From Octopus sinensis (taxonomy: Eukaryota): a DNA stretch of 64,000 nt. Within the stretch, counting starts at the first letter, position 1, and each line of letters starts with the position of its first letter. Under the pieces are notes generated by a model. That model did no database searches. It saw only the letters and a program-made list of their open reading frames with translations, and had not been told where the DNA came from. The stretch lies in NCBI RefSeq assembly GCF_006345805.1, contig NC_043007.1, forward strand, positions 20,274,001 to 20,338,000, in the 5' to 3' direction. This document shows positions 50,130 through 62,503 of the stretch, piece by piece. The translations under genes were made by a program, and so were the position numbers.

Positions 50130-51420
50130 TTCTCAGGTCTTTCCCATCGAACATGGCCTTACTCAAAATAGGCAGTCTGAATGCAAATGGACTGAAGTCG
50201 CCCTGGAAACAGGGCCATCTGCTCAACGACCTCAGATCACTTGATATAGAGGTTATGGCCATCAGCGAGAGCAGAGATTCTGAGGTACGAACCTTCGCGC
50301 CCATCTTTGGTGATTTACGAGGTGTGTGTATTTTTATGTCTGCCGGGAATGAGACGTGGAGTCTCTGTATTGTCTCGGAAAGACACTGGATTTTGACTAT
50401 CTCCCTGGACCCATCAGGTAAGTCGGTGGTGCTGGATATGACCACCAGCGAAGCCTATACCTTCAGACTAATAGATATCTACTCCCCAACAGGAGTGAGG
50501 TAACTAGATTTCTTGAGGCATCTGCAAGCTTTCCTAGGAACATCCCATAGTACCAGTGGGTGATTGGAACAACATCTTTGATGCCTGCAGGGATTAAGTG
50601 GACACATTGGGCACACGGTGGGTGATGATGCACTGAGGTTACAACTCCAGCAATTCCTAGACGATAAACAGATGTGATCTTCGTTTGTCAGACTTCCATT
50701 TCCACAGCTTGTCTCTTTGACAGAACTGCAATCCTAAACCAAGCGAAGACCAAGGCAGGGCACTTGGCGTCTGGAATATCAAGTGCTCACTGCCCTCTAT
50801 CAAGAGAGTAGTGCAGTCGATGGAAGTTCCATCATGGCGTTCTTTAGTAGGTTAGTGACAGGTAAGAGCGACGATGTTCTCGAGGAAGCCTTGGTCATCG
50901 ACAAGAACCAACTAGCTGATATGTTCTGGAGGACTTTCGGGTCGGAACCCATAGATAATTTCCAGAAATCATTGGGCTGGCAGTGCTTGCAAGAGGAAAG
51001 TCCAGTTAGCAACAAAGTACTGACATGGAATGCCATTAACCGAGCCTGCCCAAGATGCGTGCAAAGCAGCGAAACTGTTCTGCATGCGCTCGTCCAGTGC
51101 CCGAACTTTGCTGACTTATAGGTTTATGTCGAAGAGTTGCTGCCAGGTGTATGACGGATCCAGCTATCGGCTTTAGATCGTCCCCCTACCTTCCCTTGGT
51201 CCCGGAAAAACAGGCAGTGCTTATCACTCTGGTGATCTTAGAGAAAGAAGTTGAGTGGTGGGCTAAATTGAAAGGGGTGATGTCAGGTACCTCTCTGTCT
51301 GGCCAAACCCTTATTGACTTCTCCAAGATTCACTTGAAAAGATAAGTGCGGATAGAGAGGCAAGTGCTGTCTCCCAGCAAATTTGTTGAAAGATGGATGA
51401 GAGAGGTGACATAGTCTTTG
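50130..51420 (+). mobile_element. Tx1/L1-clade LINE relic: APE endonuclease start joined to C-terminal zinc knuckle, RT mostly missing
   Basis: MALLKIGSLNANGLKSPWKQGHLLNDL..AISE (APE motif I/II) and CPRCVQSSETVLHALVQCP (CCHC). Confidence 0.8.
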
Positions 51421-51661
51421 CTCCATATGGCAGGATTTAATTTGAAGGTGGTGTAACTGCTATTTCCAACGGATCAAGCGATTCTGGTAGTTTGCACAGA
51501 AAGCAAGGTGTTTAGTTTCTCAATGCTAACACCATAGATTCATTTTGGATTTCTTTCTTCGAGTGAATTGGCGCAAAACCATTTAAAGAAAATATTCGAC
51601 CAAGTCATACACAGTTTTAATAATGTACACTTTTATATTTTTTAGTTTAATATCACAGACG

Positions 51662-52028
51662 TGGATGCGCAATGGCCCAGTGGTTAGGGCAGCGGAATGG
51701 CGGTCATAGGATCGCGGTTTCGATTCCCAGACCGGGCGTTGTGAGTGTTTAAAGCTCCACGAGGCACCGGCAGGGGATGGTGGCGAACCCTGCTGTACTC
51801 TTTCACTACAACTTTCTCTCACTCTTACTTCCTGTTTCTGCTGTGTCTGTAATTCAAAGGCCCAGCCTTGTCACAGTCTGTGTCACGCTGAATATCCTCG
51901 AGAACTACGTTAAGAGTGCATGTGTCTGTGGAGTGCTCAGCCACTTGCACGTAAATTCCACGAGCTGGCTGTTCCGTTGATCGGATCAACTGGAACCCTC
52001 GTCGTCGTAAGCGACGGGGTGCCAGCAA
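51662..52028 (+). mobile_element. Full-length tRNA-derived SINE with 14-bp TSD
   Basis: A box tggcccagtggttaggg, B box ggtttcgattccc; TSD taatatcacagacg at 51648-51661 and 52029-52042. Confidence 0.9.
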
Positions 52029-52662
52029 TAATATCACAGACGGGTTGTAATAATTGAAATCGTGGTGCATAGTAATATATATGTATCGTATAATAAATAA
52101 ATAAGAATAAAAACAACGGATCAGTTACTTGTTCAGAGTTTGAAGCCGAGAGAGCATGTCGTGCAAATGTAAATTCTTTTTATTCTCTTAAGAACGATTT
52201 TATTTGATGACGTTCGCTGGTTTTACTTTTAATACGTTGCTTTTATTTCATACACATTTTCTTTTACTCTTATTTTTAAACACGTCCTTTCACATAATTA
52301 GGGACGCGGAATTTGTTGACTATCAAACATTGCTCACAAGAATAGACTTACTCGGATTTAGAGTATCGCCTTGCTGTTAAAGTATAGTCATTCTAATATA
52401 AAAAAGAAATACCTAAACGTCCATAACAGGGTTTAATTTTATCTATAATTCCTCGGTAACAATAAGGGTTTGTGAGTTCAATCCTAGCTCACTGAAATAT
52501 ATATATATTTCTTTACTACCCACAAGGGGCTAAACATAGAGGGGACAAACAAGGACAGACAAAGGGATTAGGTCGATTACATCGACCCCAGTGCGAAACT
52601 GGTACTTTATTTATCGACCCCGAAAGGATGAAAGGCAAAGTCGACCTCGGCGGAATTAGTTG

Positions 52663-52709
<47 letters not shown>

Positions 52710-53892
52710 GCAATAGACCTCGATAAAAGAATTTGTTGATTTAGATACAGGGTAAATAGAAATGAATAAAGTTGAGGGTTCGATAAATTCTAATATCATA
52801 ACCATAATCCCCTTCAGAAATACAGAAATTCATGTTGCAGAGTTTTAACAAGCTTGGGAAAATATCAGCCCCTGTTAAATAGGGTGCCCTAAATATCATG
52901 ATTCAAAAATTGTAAATATTCTAATGACAGCAATTATATAATTACTTTGAATTGTCTTTCATATTGTTATCATTTAAAGCAAAATTCGGACAGTGTTTCC
53001 ACTTTGGAAGACGAAGTTGGACAAATTGATTAAAGAGAAAATTGTGGGCAAGAAAAGAGATTCGTGAATAAATCAGCCCGAAATAGGAACAATAGAAAAC
53101 CGGTAACAAATTTATCTGTATAGCATAATCGTATTTCTCTTCAAGTTCCCTTTAAAGAAATTAGATTTCTATTTCTTTACTACCCACAAGGGGTTAAACA
53201 CAGAGAGGACAAACAAGGACAAACAAACGGATTAAGTCGATTATATCGACTCCACTGCGTAACTGGTACTTATTTAATCAACCCCGAAAGGATGAAAGGC
53301 AAAGTCGACCTCGGCGGAATTTGAACTCAGAACATAACGGCAGACAAATTACCTATTTCTTTACTACCCACAAGGGGCTAAACATAGAGGGGGCAAACAA
53401 GGACAGACAAACGGATTAAGTCGATTACATCGATTCCAGTGCGTGACTGGTACTTATTTAATCGACCCCGAAAGGATGAAAGGCAAAGTCGACCTCGGCG
53501 GAATTTGAACTCAGAACGTAACGGCAGACGAAATACGGCTACGCATTTCGCCCGGCGTGCTAACGATTCTGCCAGCTTGCCGTCTTCCTTTAAAGAAATT
53601 AGATTTCATCAGATTAAAAGGGTGAGGAAATGTTTTCATGATATTTAAGATGTAAATGGTGGGGAGGTGTTGAGATCTGAACGACCGACAAAATATGATC
53701 GAAAATCACTTTCATTTAAATGATTCTACGGCCTCTGATTTATTCAGCCAACACATTTTTTGACAACTTGATTGAGAAAATAATTTTAAAGCATTGATTC
53801 AGTATTCAAACATTATACAATCCTTTAAACTCAGTAAAGAAAGAAGCAAACGTCAATGACGTCCAATTTGGCAATAAGCAACATCTGTTGCA

Positions 53893-53900
53893 TATATAAA
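53893..53900 (+). promoter_or_regulatory. Possible TATA box of the FReD gene
   Basis: TATATAAA about 290 nt upstream of the signal-peptide ATG in repeat-free sequence. The motif is common in AT-rich DNA. Confidence 0.2.
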
Positions 53901-54188
53901 CGCCCTCTTTGATCGATATGGTGTGGTTGTTCACTGCTACGTATGTGAAATAAAATCATTGAACGTCATCAAAATTATTCTGCAAGAAACAAAGTCAACA
54001 TCGAGCCACGTACCCCCAGTTTGAAAGATTGGACTCGTAACTGATTGCAACCACAATCGTAATTATTACAGAAATAAAACTCGTCAAAGCCGTCTCTACA
54101 ACTCGTGCTTGGAAACTAAATACCAAATATCCACTGCAATAAAGGTCAAGCTTCTAATATTACTTTTGAATAAGACAATAGAGCAAAA

Positions 54189-54232
54189 ATGAAGATTGGA
54201 TTTATTTTATTGTGTCTCATCTACTCAGCCAG
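54189..54232 (+). CDS. FReD gene exon 1, signal peptide [14 protein letters not shown]
   Basis: aaaaATGaag context, hydrophobic core, AG|gtatgt donor whose phase 2 matches the acceptor at 57476. Confidence 0.75.
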
Positions 54233-57200
54233 GTATGTTAAGATATCTTTGAACTTTCTTTTACCAATTAACATTACTCTTTTACTTGTTTCAGTCATTT
54301 GACTGCGGCCATGCTGGAGCACCGCCTTTAGTAGAGCAAATCGACCCCGGGACTTATTCTTTGTAAGCCCAGTACTTATTCTATCGTTCTCTTTTGCCGA
54401 ACCGCTAAGTGACGGGGACGTAAACACACCAGCATCGGTTGTCAAGCAATGCTAGGGGGACAAACACACAAACACATATACATATATACGACAGGCTTCT
54501 TTCAGTTTCCGTCTACCAAATCCACTCACAAGGCTTTGGTCGGCCTGGGGCTATAGCAGAAGACACTTGCCCGAGATGCCACGCAGTGGGACTGAACCCG
54601 GAACCATGTGGTTGGTTAGCAAGCTACTTACCACATAGCCACTCCTGCGCCTAATATAAATTAGACAACAATAAATAAATAAATAAATAAATAAAAGAAG
54701 ATTGCCCTCAGCTTAGGACCTCTCAAATCTGCAAGGGGCCTTAAAATATTTAAAAGACATATATGTTGGCAATATTTGTGTGAGTTCAAATTCTGCCAAG
54801 GTTGACTTTACCTTTCGTCCTTTTAGGTTCGATAAAATAAGTACCAGTTGAGCACTGGCTTAATGTAATCAACTTAACCCCTCCCCTCAAATTGATGACC
54901 TTGCACCAAAATTTGAGTCCAATATTCGAGAGACCTTCTGCTCTAAATCCAGTACTCACTTCTCTTATCCTATTTTGACCCATTTCCTTAAACTGAACTT
55001 TTTCACCATCCCATTTCTCGGTGCCAATAATTCCTTCCAATAAATAACATCAACTTATTTTTACACAATTTCCAATTTGAATTTTTTGGTATTTCAGTAT
55101 TCGGATCTTTTCGGTTTGAACGGCAGTTTTTTCTAGCAGTGTCATATGAAATTGTCACCCATAATTACGACCCTAGTATCGATCTATTGCATTTCAATCT
55201 GTTTTAGGGTTAGGTTTAGTTAGGGTTAGGGTTAGGGGTGGGGGGAAGGGTATCTTTTTTTCTTCACAAATGTGAATAAACCCAATCTGTTTCTTAAACG
55301 AGGGACATATTCATACGACACAGAATGTTTTTTTTACCTCAATAGACATCAGTGATTGGTTGAAATTGCAGAAATTGAAGAAAAAAAACAACAAATATCT
55401 TACAAACTATAGAATTTTCTCAATAAAGCCAAGAGAAAAAGATGTTTTATAAACACATTCTACCAGTATACGAAGTTTAAAATTTTTTAGTTACCTAGAA
55501 ATTATGTTAAAAACTGCCGTTCAAACGGAAAAGATCCCAGATTTCAGATGATTTGTCTGTTAATGTTTACAGTTGTTCTCTAATCACTGGAGAAATTCTT
55601 TATTAAAAAGAAAAAAAAAAAGATATTTTAATTCTTTGTTCCTTGATATCGTACAAGCAAGTAATTTCAATAAAGACAGCACTTCAAAATACACCTGGTG
55701 ACAGTGAATAACAATGATGCAATATACACCTGTCATTGTAAACAGAGTCCTCAAACTTCTGTTATTGTAATCAAATTAGGCTTAAGCATTTCATATTTTG
55801 ACAAATCATTTACCTACAATTTACAAAGGTAAATGATAAAATATGAAAAATATTAGGAGACCGAGACCTTTGGAAGTATGCTGTACGTGGGAAGACCCGG
55901 CAGGACAAGTGAGACCATAACCCGTGGCCTCTACCTGGGACGTAGCCAGCCCACTTATGCATACCTTCCCTTATTGTGACACAAACCCAACTTGTGAAGA
56001 CCTGTTGAGGCAAGTGAAAATGAAAATGAAAATCAAAATCAAAATCGATCAACATCAATGGAAATTGTAGCTGTGATACCAGTGCCGATGGCACGTAAGA
56101 GAACCATCCGAACGTGGCCTTTGCCAGCGCCACCCAGACTGGCCTCCATGCCAGTGGCACGTAAAAAGCACCATCCGATCGTGGCCGTTTGCCAGCCTCG
56201 TCTGGCACCTGTGCAGGTGGCACGTAAAAAGCACCCACTACACTCATGGAGTGGTTGGCGTTAGGAAGGGCATCCAGCTGTAGAAACACTGCCAGATCAG
56301 ACTGGGCCTGGCGCAGCCTTCTGGCTTCCCAGACCCCAATTGAACCGTCCAACCCATGCTAGCATGGAAAACGGATGTTAAACGATGATGATGATGATAA
56401 AATATAAGTACATAAATAGAACACTTGATTATATATTACACCAAGGGTTCCTGGAGTTTCTCTCTAAAAGTTTTGCAGTAACCCAAATCACTCGTGGCCA
56501 CAAATTATTAGGTTGAGGAAAAAGTTTGTGCACCATGTTAGAATAATGCTTTTTTATATATTTTTGTGGTGTGTGTGTTCATTGAGTTTATGTCATGTTC
56601 AACGGTGACTTACTGTGTTCATCAAAAATGTGCTTTGTTTCAACAAGACAATACAAAACCACATACCGCTAGAAAGACCAGCAGCAAGATTGAAGTATTG
56701 GTCGGTGTGGAAGTTCTGCTACATCCAGCCTATAGTCGAGATGTTGCGCCATCTGATCAAGGTCCCGTCCGATCAATGCAGCACTTTATGAAAGGCTGCT
56801 GATTTGGGTCATTCAATGAAGTCAAAGAAGCCTGTCAAGAATTTTTCGATTCAAAGCCAAAGAATTGGTACTTTGACCAAATCTGAAAGCTTGCAGATCA
56901 TTGGTAGAAGGTCATGGAAAATGAGGGCTTTTATTTTGAAGAATAGTTATTGTTTTTTGAATAAATTCTTGCATAAAAAAAAATCATTATTTTAACATGG
57001 CACACAAACTTTTTCCTTAACCTAGTATTTCCTATCTCACATCAGTAGGGCCAAATACAGAAACTACAGCTACAAGTGTTAGTTGCTGTCCAAACTTTGA
57101 GAAATCCATCAATGCTAAATTCAGTGAATATGACATCAAAGGAGCAACTTATCTTTTTTCTTATCTTTCCACTCAGTGGATTCCTTGACCAACTGAGATG

Positions 57201-57772
57201 GAAATGTTCATCTGATTCTCCACTTGATGGTTTCCACTAGTCCAAATCACCGGGTTACTTAAAACTAATACTTAATTCAGATAATGTCAGAAAGGCAATT
57301 GCATAATTTCTCGCAGACTCTGGTCCTGCTACTGATAGCCTTTGCCCCTAAAATCTTAATGATGATATCTCCTTGTTGGCCAGAGTTTCTGGCCAAGAAG
57401 GCGGTGAGCTGGCAGAAATGTTAGCACACTGGGTGACGTTAATAATGAATGCCTTTTTTTCTCCTTTTGATTTCAGATGTGAAAGTGGAAGCAAACAGGA
57501 TATTTCTCTCTGGTATAAAGATATGATAAAACAGGGAGCTTTTGAAGGGGATTTGACTTCAGCTCAACAAGAAGTGAAAAAATCTGTAGAGAAAATAATT
57601 AAAAGTTCAATGAAAAGTCAAAGATTGTTTGACAGAGAAAAACTTTTAGCTTATGAAAATATTTTAAATTTGAATGACAATAGGGATTCTGATGATGACG
57701 ATGAAACGGAATTAGATGATGATGATGATGGTGATGATATGGGTAACAATAACGAGGAGGTCAGTGTGCATG

Positions 57773-57806
<34 letters not shown>

Positions 57807-60800
57807 TGATGATGATAATGTGGAGAAGGAAAATTTTAAAAGTCAGCATGTCAAAGGTGATATCTTAGTGAAATCTTCAACAACAATAAAATCTAAAAAT
57901 AATGTCTCTGAAAATATGACAAATTTGAAAAGGATGAAAAAATTATTAGATGAAAAGCAAACGGACGATAAGGCCGAACAGATTCCCAAAAGAGAAGAAC
58001 CAACAGCTGAGATATTGCAATCCAATGAAACCAAAACAATGTTTGAAAAAAAATCCGTTGAGAAAAAGATTAGCACCAGGATTCCAAAAGGTTCTGTTCG
58101 ACATTTGTACAAAACTTGCTATAGTAATTTTTCCAGCCGTTTAGATATATTTTATGCATATGAGAAGCAACGTAATGAACTTTTCCAGAGAGAAGAATAT
58201 TTAGATAATAAATCTATGCAACCAAATTGGTTTTTTAAAATCTTATACCAGATTCAGCAAAGCCAAATGATTTCACCTTCACCAAATATTCTAAAAATGT
58301 CAAAAGTATTTAAAAAATCAAAGACATCTAAAAGCAAATATAAAATAAAAAACATAAAACGTTGTTTAAGAACCTCAGATTGTCCGAAAGTATGTCGATA
58401 TTTCTTTGAATTTCAAATGTGCATACCTGGATTTAATTGGATAAGGAATAGTTCCGATAAGAACTGTTCTTATTTTGTTCAGTGGGAAGCTTTTCCTAGA
58501 AAGGAAAATTTTGGAATTAATTTTAATAAAGAGTCATTTGACAATGACCAGAAGAAGCTTCAAGGAGATACTGTCAAAATAAATGAAAAGTTCAAAGATG
58601 AAAAGATCAAAGATGAAAAGATCAAAGATGAAAAGATCAAAGATGGAAAGATCAAAGATGGAAAGATCAAAGATGAAAAGATCAAAGATGAAAAGATCAA
58701 AGAGGAAAAGATCAAAGATGGAAAGATCAAAGATGGAAAGATCAAAGATGAAAAGATCAAAGATGGAAAGATCAAAGATGGAAAGATCAAAGATGGAAAG
58801 ATCAAAGATGGAAAGATCAAAGATGAAAAGATCAAAGATGGAAAGATCAAAGATGGAAAGATCAAAGATGGAAAGATCAAAGATGAAAAGATCAAAGATG
58901 GAAAGATCAGAGATGGAAAGAAAATGTTGGATAAAACTGGCAAGAATAAGGAAAAATTTATTGGAAATAAGATCAAAGAAAATTCGCATACTTCAGATAA
59001 TAAGAAACAAAATAATAGAATGTCAACCAAAACAAAACCGTCTTTTGATGATTCACAAAATAAAATTGAAAAGGATGAAAAGAAAATAAAGGAAATGAAT
59101 GTGAATGAAGAGGTAAATAGTAAAGGAAAAAACATTCAGTTGAGGAAAATATTATGGAAACTCCTCAAGGTAAATTATTTAATCAAAGATTAAAAACAGA
59201 AAACGGTGTGGATATTGGTATGGTTAATAAGATAATTGATGAGAAGTCAAATGAATATTTGATCAAGATCCAGTCACTAGAGCTAGCTGTAACAAAATTG
59301 GAGAAACAACTGCTAACAGGACAGCTGAGCAGAAGTAATGACCTGTTGTCATTAGCTCAACTTGAAAGCCAGATTCTTCATTTACAGACAAAATTAATGA
59401 AACTCAATCAGACATTCATCAAGCTTCAACAAGAGAACCAAGTTTTGAAACATGGTCAACAGAAAATCTTCGAACTCCGACAACAGAACGAGAGACAATT
59501 GACGAGTAACTTTGATGTGAATAATAAGATTCACAACCAGAATAATTTAATCAAACAACAACAAAAAAGTGTTGCTGATTTGTCTCATTTGATACAAAAT
59601 CAATCAAATCTTCTTAGTAAATTAACTCATCGACAAGAACAGGTAGAAGAAGAAAACAGAATACTTCATCAAGTTGTTATGAACCAGTCTTTATATATTT
59701 CCCATGTCTTGAAGACGGTTCATGTGTTGACCAATCAGATGCAAGAAGAACGTATTCAGGAAAGTTCTAAGAAATTTAACATGTTTCCAGTTCAATTAAT
59801 TAAAAAGTTAGAATCATTGATATCTGACAGGCAAATAGTTAAAAGTGAGAAAACAGAAAAACATGTCAAAAAGAAAGGGAAATCGAGAAATATAACTTGT
59901 AAAAAACCTCAGATTTCTGTGGGAAAATATTTTCATGACAAACCAGTGGTAAAACAAAATAGGTTAAAGTATAGGTATTTCACTCTTTTATCGAAATCCT
60001 GCCTCGTATTTGATAACATAGATAAACAATCTTTGCCAAATTTACCAGCATCTTCAACTCAGTATAAATTAAACAAGAACGGAACCGTAAATAAAACCAT
60101 TGCAAGAAAGAAACAGGAAACTCCAAAGAGCCCAACACTTCCACAAAAAAATCAGTCGAGTAAATTTAAAATGCAGGAACCAAAAGTTAAAGAAACTGAA
60201 AAAAGCACTCAGAATGTGAGAAAAATAAAAGATGAACCGAGTGTTAAAATTAAGAAAGAAAATGATATGAAGGTAAAAGATGGGAATTCAGATGGAAAAA
60301 ATCAACAGCAAAGTCATAATTCTGATAAAGTCAAGCCAAAAGTAGCTTCCCATAGTAAAAAGGAATCTGTTGAGGCCCCTGCTGGTCAGAAGCCAACAAA
60401 GGGTTCTGAGACTAATATGAAGAATAATAAAGAAGAAAAAGAAGGAAACAAGAAAATGAACAATAAAAACTTCGAACTGAAGGAACCACTCTATGTTGAT
60501 ACAAGACAGAGCGGACCAAAAGGTAAGATGGTTTCAATTGTTAAGGTCTACTGTGGAGGCACATGGCCTAGTGGTTAGAGCAGCGGACTCGCGGTCAAGG
60601 AATCGCAGGTTCAAATCTCAGACCGGGCAATGTGTGTGTTTATGAGTGAAACACCTAAGCTCCATGCGGCTCCGGCAGAAAGTAATGGCGAACTTCTGCT
60701 GACTCTTTCGCCACAACTTTCTCTCACTCTTTCCTCCTGCATCTTGCAGCTCACCTGCGATGGACCGGCATCCCATCCAGGTGGGGAACCTTTACGCCAA

Positions 60801-62503
60801 GGAAACCAGGAAACTCTAATGGCCTGGAGAACTATGATGAATAAGAGTGGACTAAGAACTGATCTCTGGTGTACTCCAACCTGTACATTAAATTCATCAC
60901 TGTATTCAAGGCCAACTCTCACCTTACTGACAGCATTACTGTACATGGCTTGAACTGCTCTCACAAGCCACTCCTCTACTCCTAGCTTCCTTAGAGACCA
61001 CCACATAAGGGCCATTTGCCTGCTGGAATGAGAGTCTTATATCTCCTTTCTTGCTAATAACAACTTTAGTCTTAGCTAAGTTAACTTTAAGGCCCTTCGA
61101 TTCCAGGTTTTGTAGCAGCCTGCTGGCCACTTTTGTCCCCATCTATAAGGGTATTTTACCCAGTCCCCTAAGCTGTTTTCACTGATATTCTCCTGCATTC
61201 AAGATTTCCTTCATTTCTAAAATACCAACTCACTTGATGTTTGTTCCTTCTCGAGCCATGTCTGGCTCATAAGGGCCAGTTTCCCAGTTTCCTTGGCGTA
61301 TAGGTTCCCCACCTGGACGGGATGCCGGTCCATCGCAGGTGAGCTGCAAGATGCAGGAGGAAAGAGTGAGAGAAAGCTATGGCGAAAGAGTCAGCAGAAG
61401 TTCGCCATTACCTTCTGCCAGAGCCACATGGAGCTTAGGTGTTTCGCTCATAAACACACACATTGCCCGGTCTGAGATTCGAACCCGCGATCCCTCGACC
61501 GCGAGTCCGCTACTCTAACCACTAGGCCATGTGCCCCCACAACTCACTTGATGCATCAATGTTTGTTTATAAAAATATTCCCACAGAGTAGCCTTGTTTA
61601 TTCTTTATCCTTTATCTTTTATTTGTTTTAGTCAGTAGACTGCGGCCATGCTGGGGCATTGCCATGAAAAATTCTTTTGATGAATGTCTCAACCCCCAGT
61701 ACTTTTTGTTTAAAATCCTGGCACTTATTCTATCAGTTATTTTGCTGAACTCCTAAGTTACAGGGGTCATAAACACACTAGCACTGATTGTCATGTGATG
61801 GTGGGAGGACAAAAATAGACAGAAAACACACACACACACAGGATGAGCTTCTTTCAGTTTCCGTCTACCAAATCCACTCACAAGATTCTGGTTGACTTGA
61901 GGCTATAGTAGAAGACACTTCATCAAGGTGCCATGCAGTTGGACTGAACCCCAAACTATGTGGTTGGGAAGCAAGCTTATTTTATTTCTTTATTGCCCAC
62001 AGGGATCTAAACATAGAGGGACAAACAAGGACAGACAAACGGATTAAGTTGATTATATCGACCCCAGTGCATAACTGGTACTTAATTTATCGACCCCAAA
62101 AATGATGAAAAGCAATATTGACCTTGGCGGAATTTGAACTCAGAACGTAATGGCAGATGAAATACCACTAAGCATTTTGCCCGGCATGCTAAAGTTTCCG
62201 CCAGCTCACCGCCTTCTTGCCACACAGCCATTCCTGCACCTTTATAATAAACTAAAAAAAATTGGGTTCTTTCTCAATCTGTGTTGTTTTAAATCTTATT
62301 TCCTTCCGTTTCAGACTGCTATGATTTATATGTGAAAGGAAATTCCAAGAATGGTGTCCATAAAATAAAGCCTATTGCTGCATCGAAATCCCTAGATGTT
62401 TTCTGTGATATGAAAAACGGTGGCTGGACTGTAATACAACGACGCCAAGGAGGAACGATAAGCTTTAAGCGAGATTGGAATAGCTACAAAAAAGGCTTTG
62501 GAG
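54189..62503 (+). CDS. Large secreted angiopoietin-like / fibrinogen-related (FReD) protein, 5' part; exons 54189-54232, 57477-60522 (frame break at ~59130) and 62315-62503; gene continues beyond the window
   Basis: Signal peptide [14 protein letters not shown]|R-CES (phase 2/2). Long low-complexity region, then a coiled coil with KLEKQLL (angiopoietin-like). SGPK-D|[54 protein letters not shown] is the classic start of a fibrinogen C-terminal domain (phase 1/1). Confidence 0.85.
56508..57025 (+). mobile_element. Internally deleted mariner with both TIRs and TA target site, in FReD intron 1
   Basis: Left end ttaggttgaggaaaaagtttgtgcaccatgttagaataatg matches the reverse complement of the right end; TA flanks at 56506-07 and 57026-27; [23 protein letters not shown] remnant. 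Confidence 0.88.
57477..60522 (+). CDS. FReD gene exon 2, ~3.05 kb, in two overlapping ORFs (57373-59193 and 59154-60578 frames)
   Basis: Acceptor ttttctccttttgatttcag at 57476; donor AAA G|gtaaga at 60523. Long stop-free frames in 70% AT DNA; the frames differ by -1 at the A run 59127-59132. Confidence 0.8.
58588..58917 (+). repeat. Coding minisatellite: 22 x 15 bp aagatcaaagatg(a/g)a = KIKD[E/G] pentapeptide
   Basis: Direct reading: first unit KFKDE, last unit KIRDG; in frame within exon 2. Confidence 0.95.
60555..60816 (+). mobile_element. tRNA-derived SINE; inverted partner at 61278-61538 (-)
   Basis: Head ggcacatggcctagtggttagag..ggttc(a/g)aatc; the two copies are closely similar over about 260 bp. 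Confidence 0.88.
60816..61140 (-). mobile_element. RTE-clade RT fragments
   Basis: [16 protein letters not shown] and [40 protein letters not shown]. Confidence 0.8.
62315..62503 (+). CDS. FReD gene exon 3, first fibrinogen-domain exon
   Basis: tccttccgtttcag|AC TGC TAT; [14 protein letters not shown]...F.RDW..YK.GFG; donor G|gtaata at 62504. Confidence 0.92.

Noticed and set aside
51662-51740. tRNA genes (also 60555-60630, 10562-10629, 20475-20545)
   Set aside because: A/B boxes are present but the acceptor stems do not close, and each continues into a SINE body.
55205-55237. Telomere or interstitial telomeric array
   Set aside because: Only a few TTAGGG units, internal to a MITE.
57373-57476. 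N-terminus [20 protein letters not shown] of the 606-aa ORF
   Set aside because: Intronic: it includes a family-B SINE head fragment and lies before the acceptor at 57476; the signal-peptide exon at 54189 splices in phase.
58534-59135. IFDLS, SLIFP and MKRSK repeat ORFs
   Set aside because: Other frames and the opposite strand of the 15-bp KIKD array.
59113-59199. Mini-introns (59113-59139, 59170-59199) to repair the frame break
   Set aside because: Their lengths, 27 and 30 nt, are multiples of 3 and too short, so they do not reach the -1 frame.
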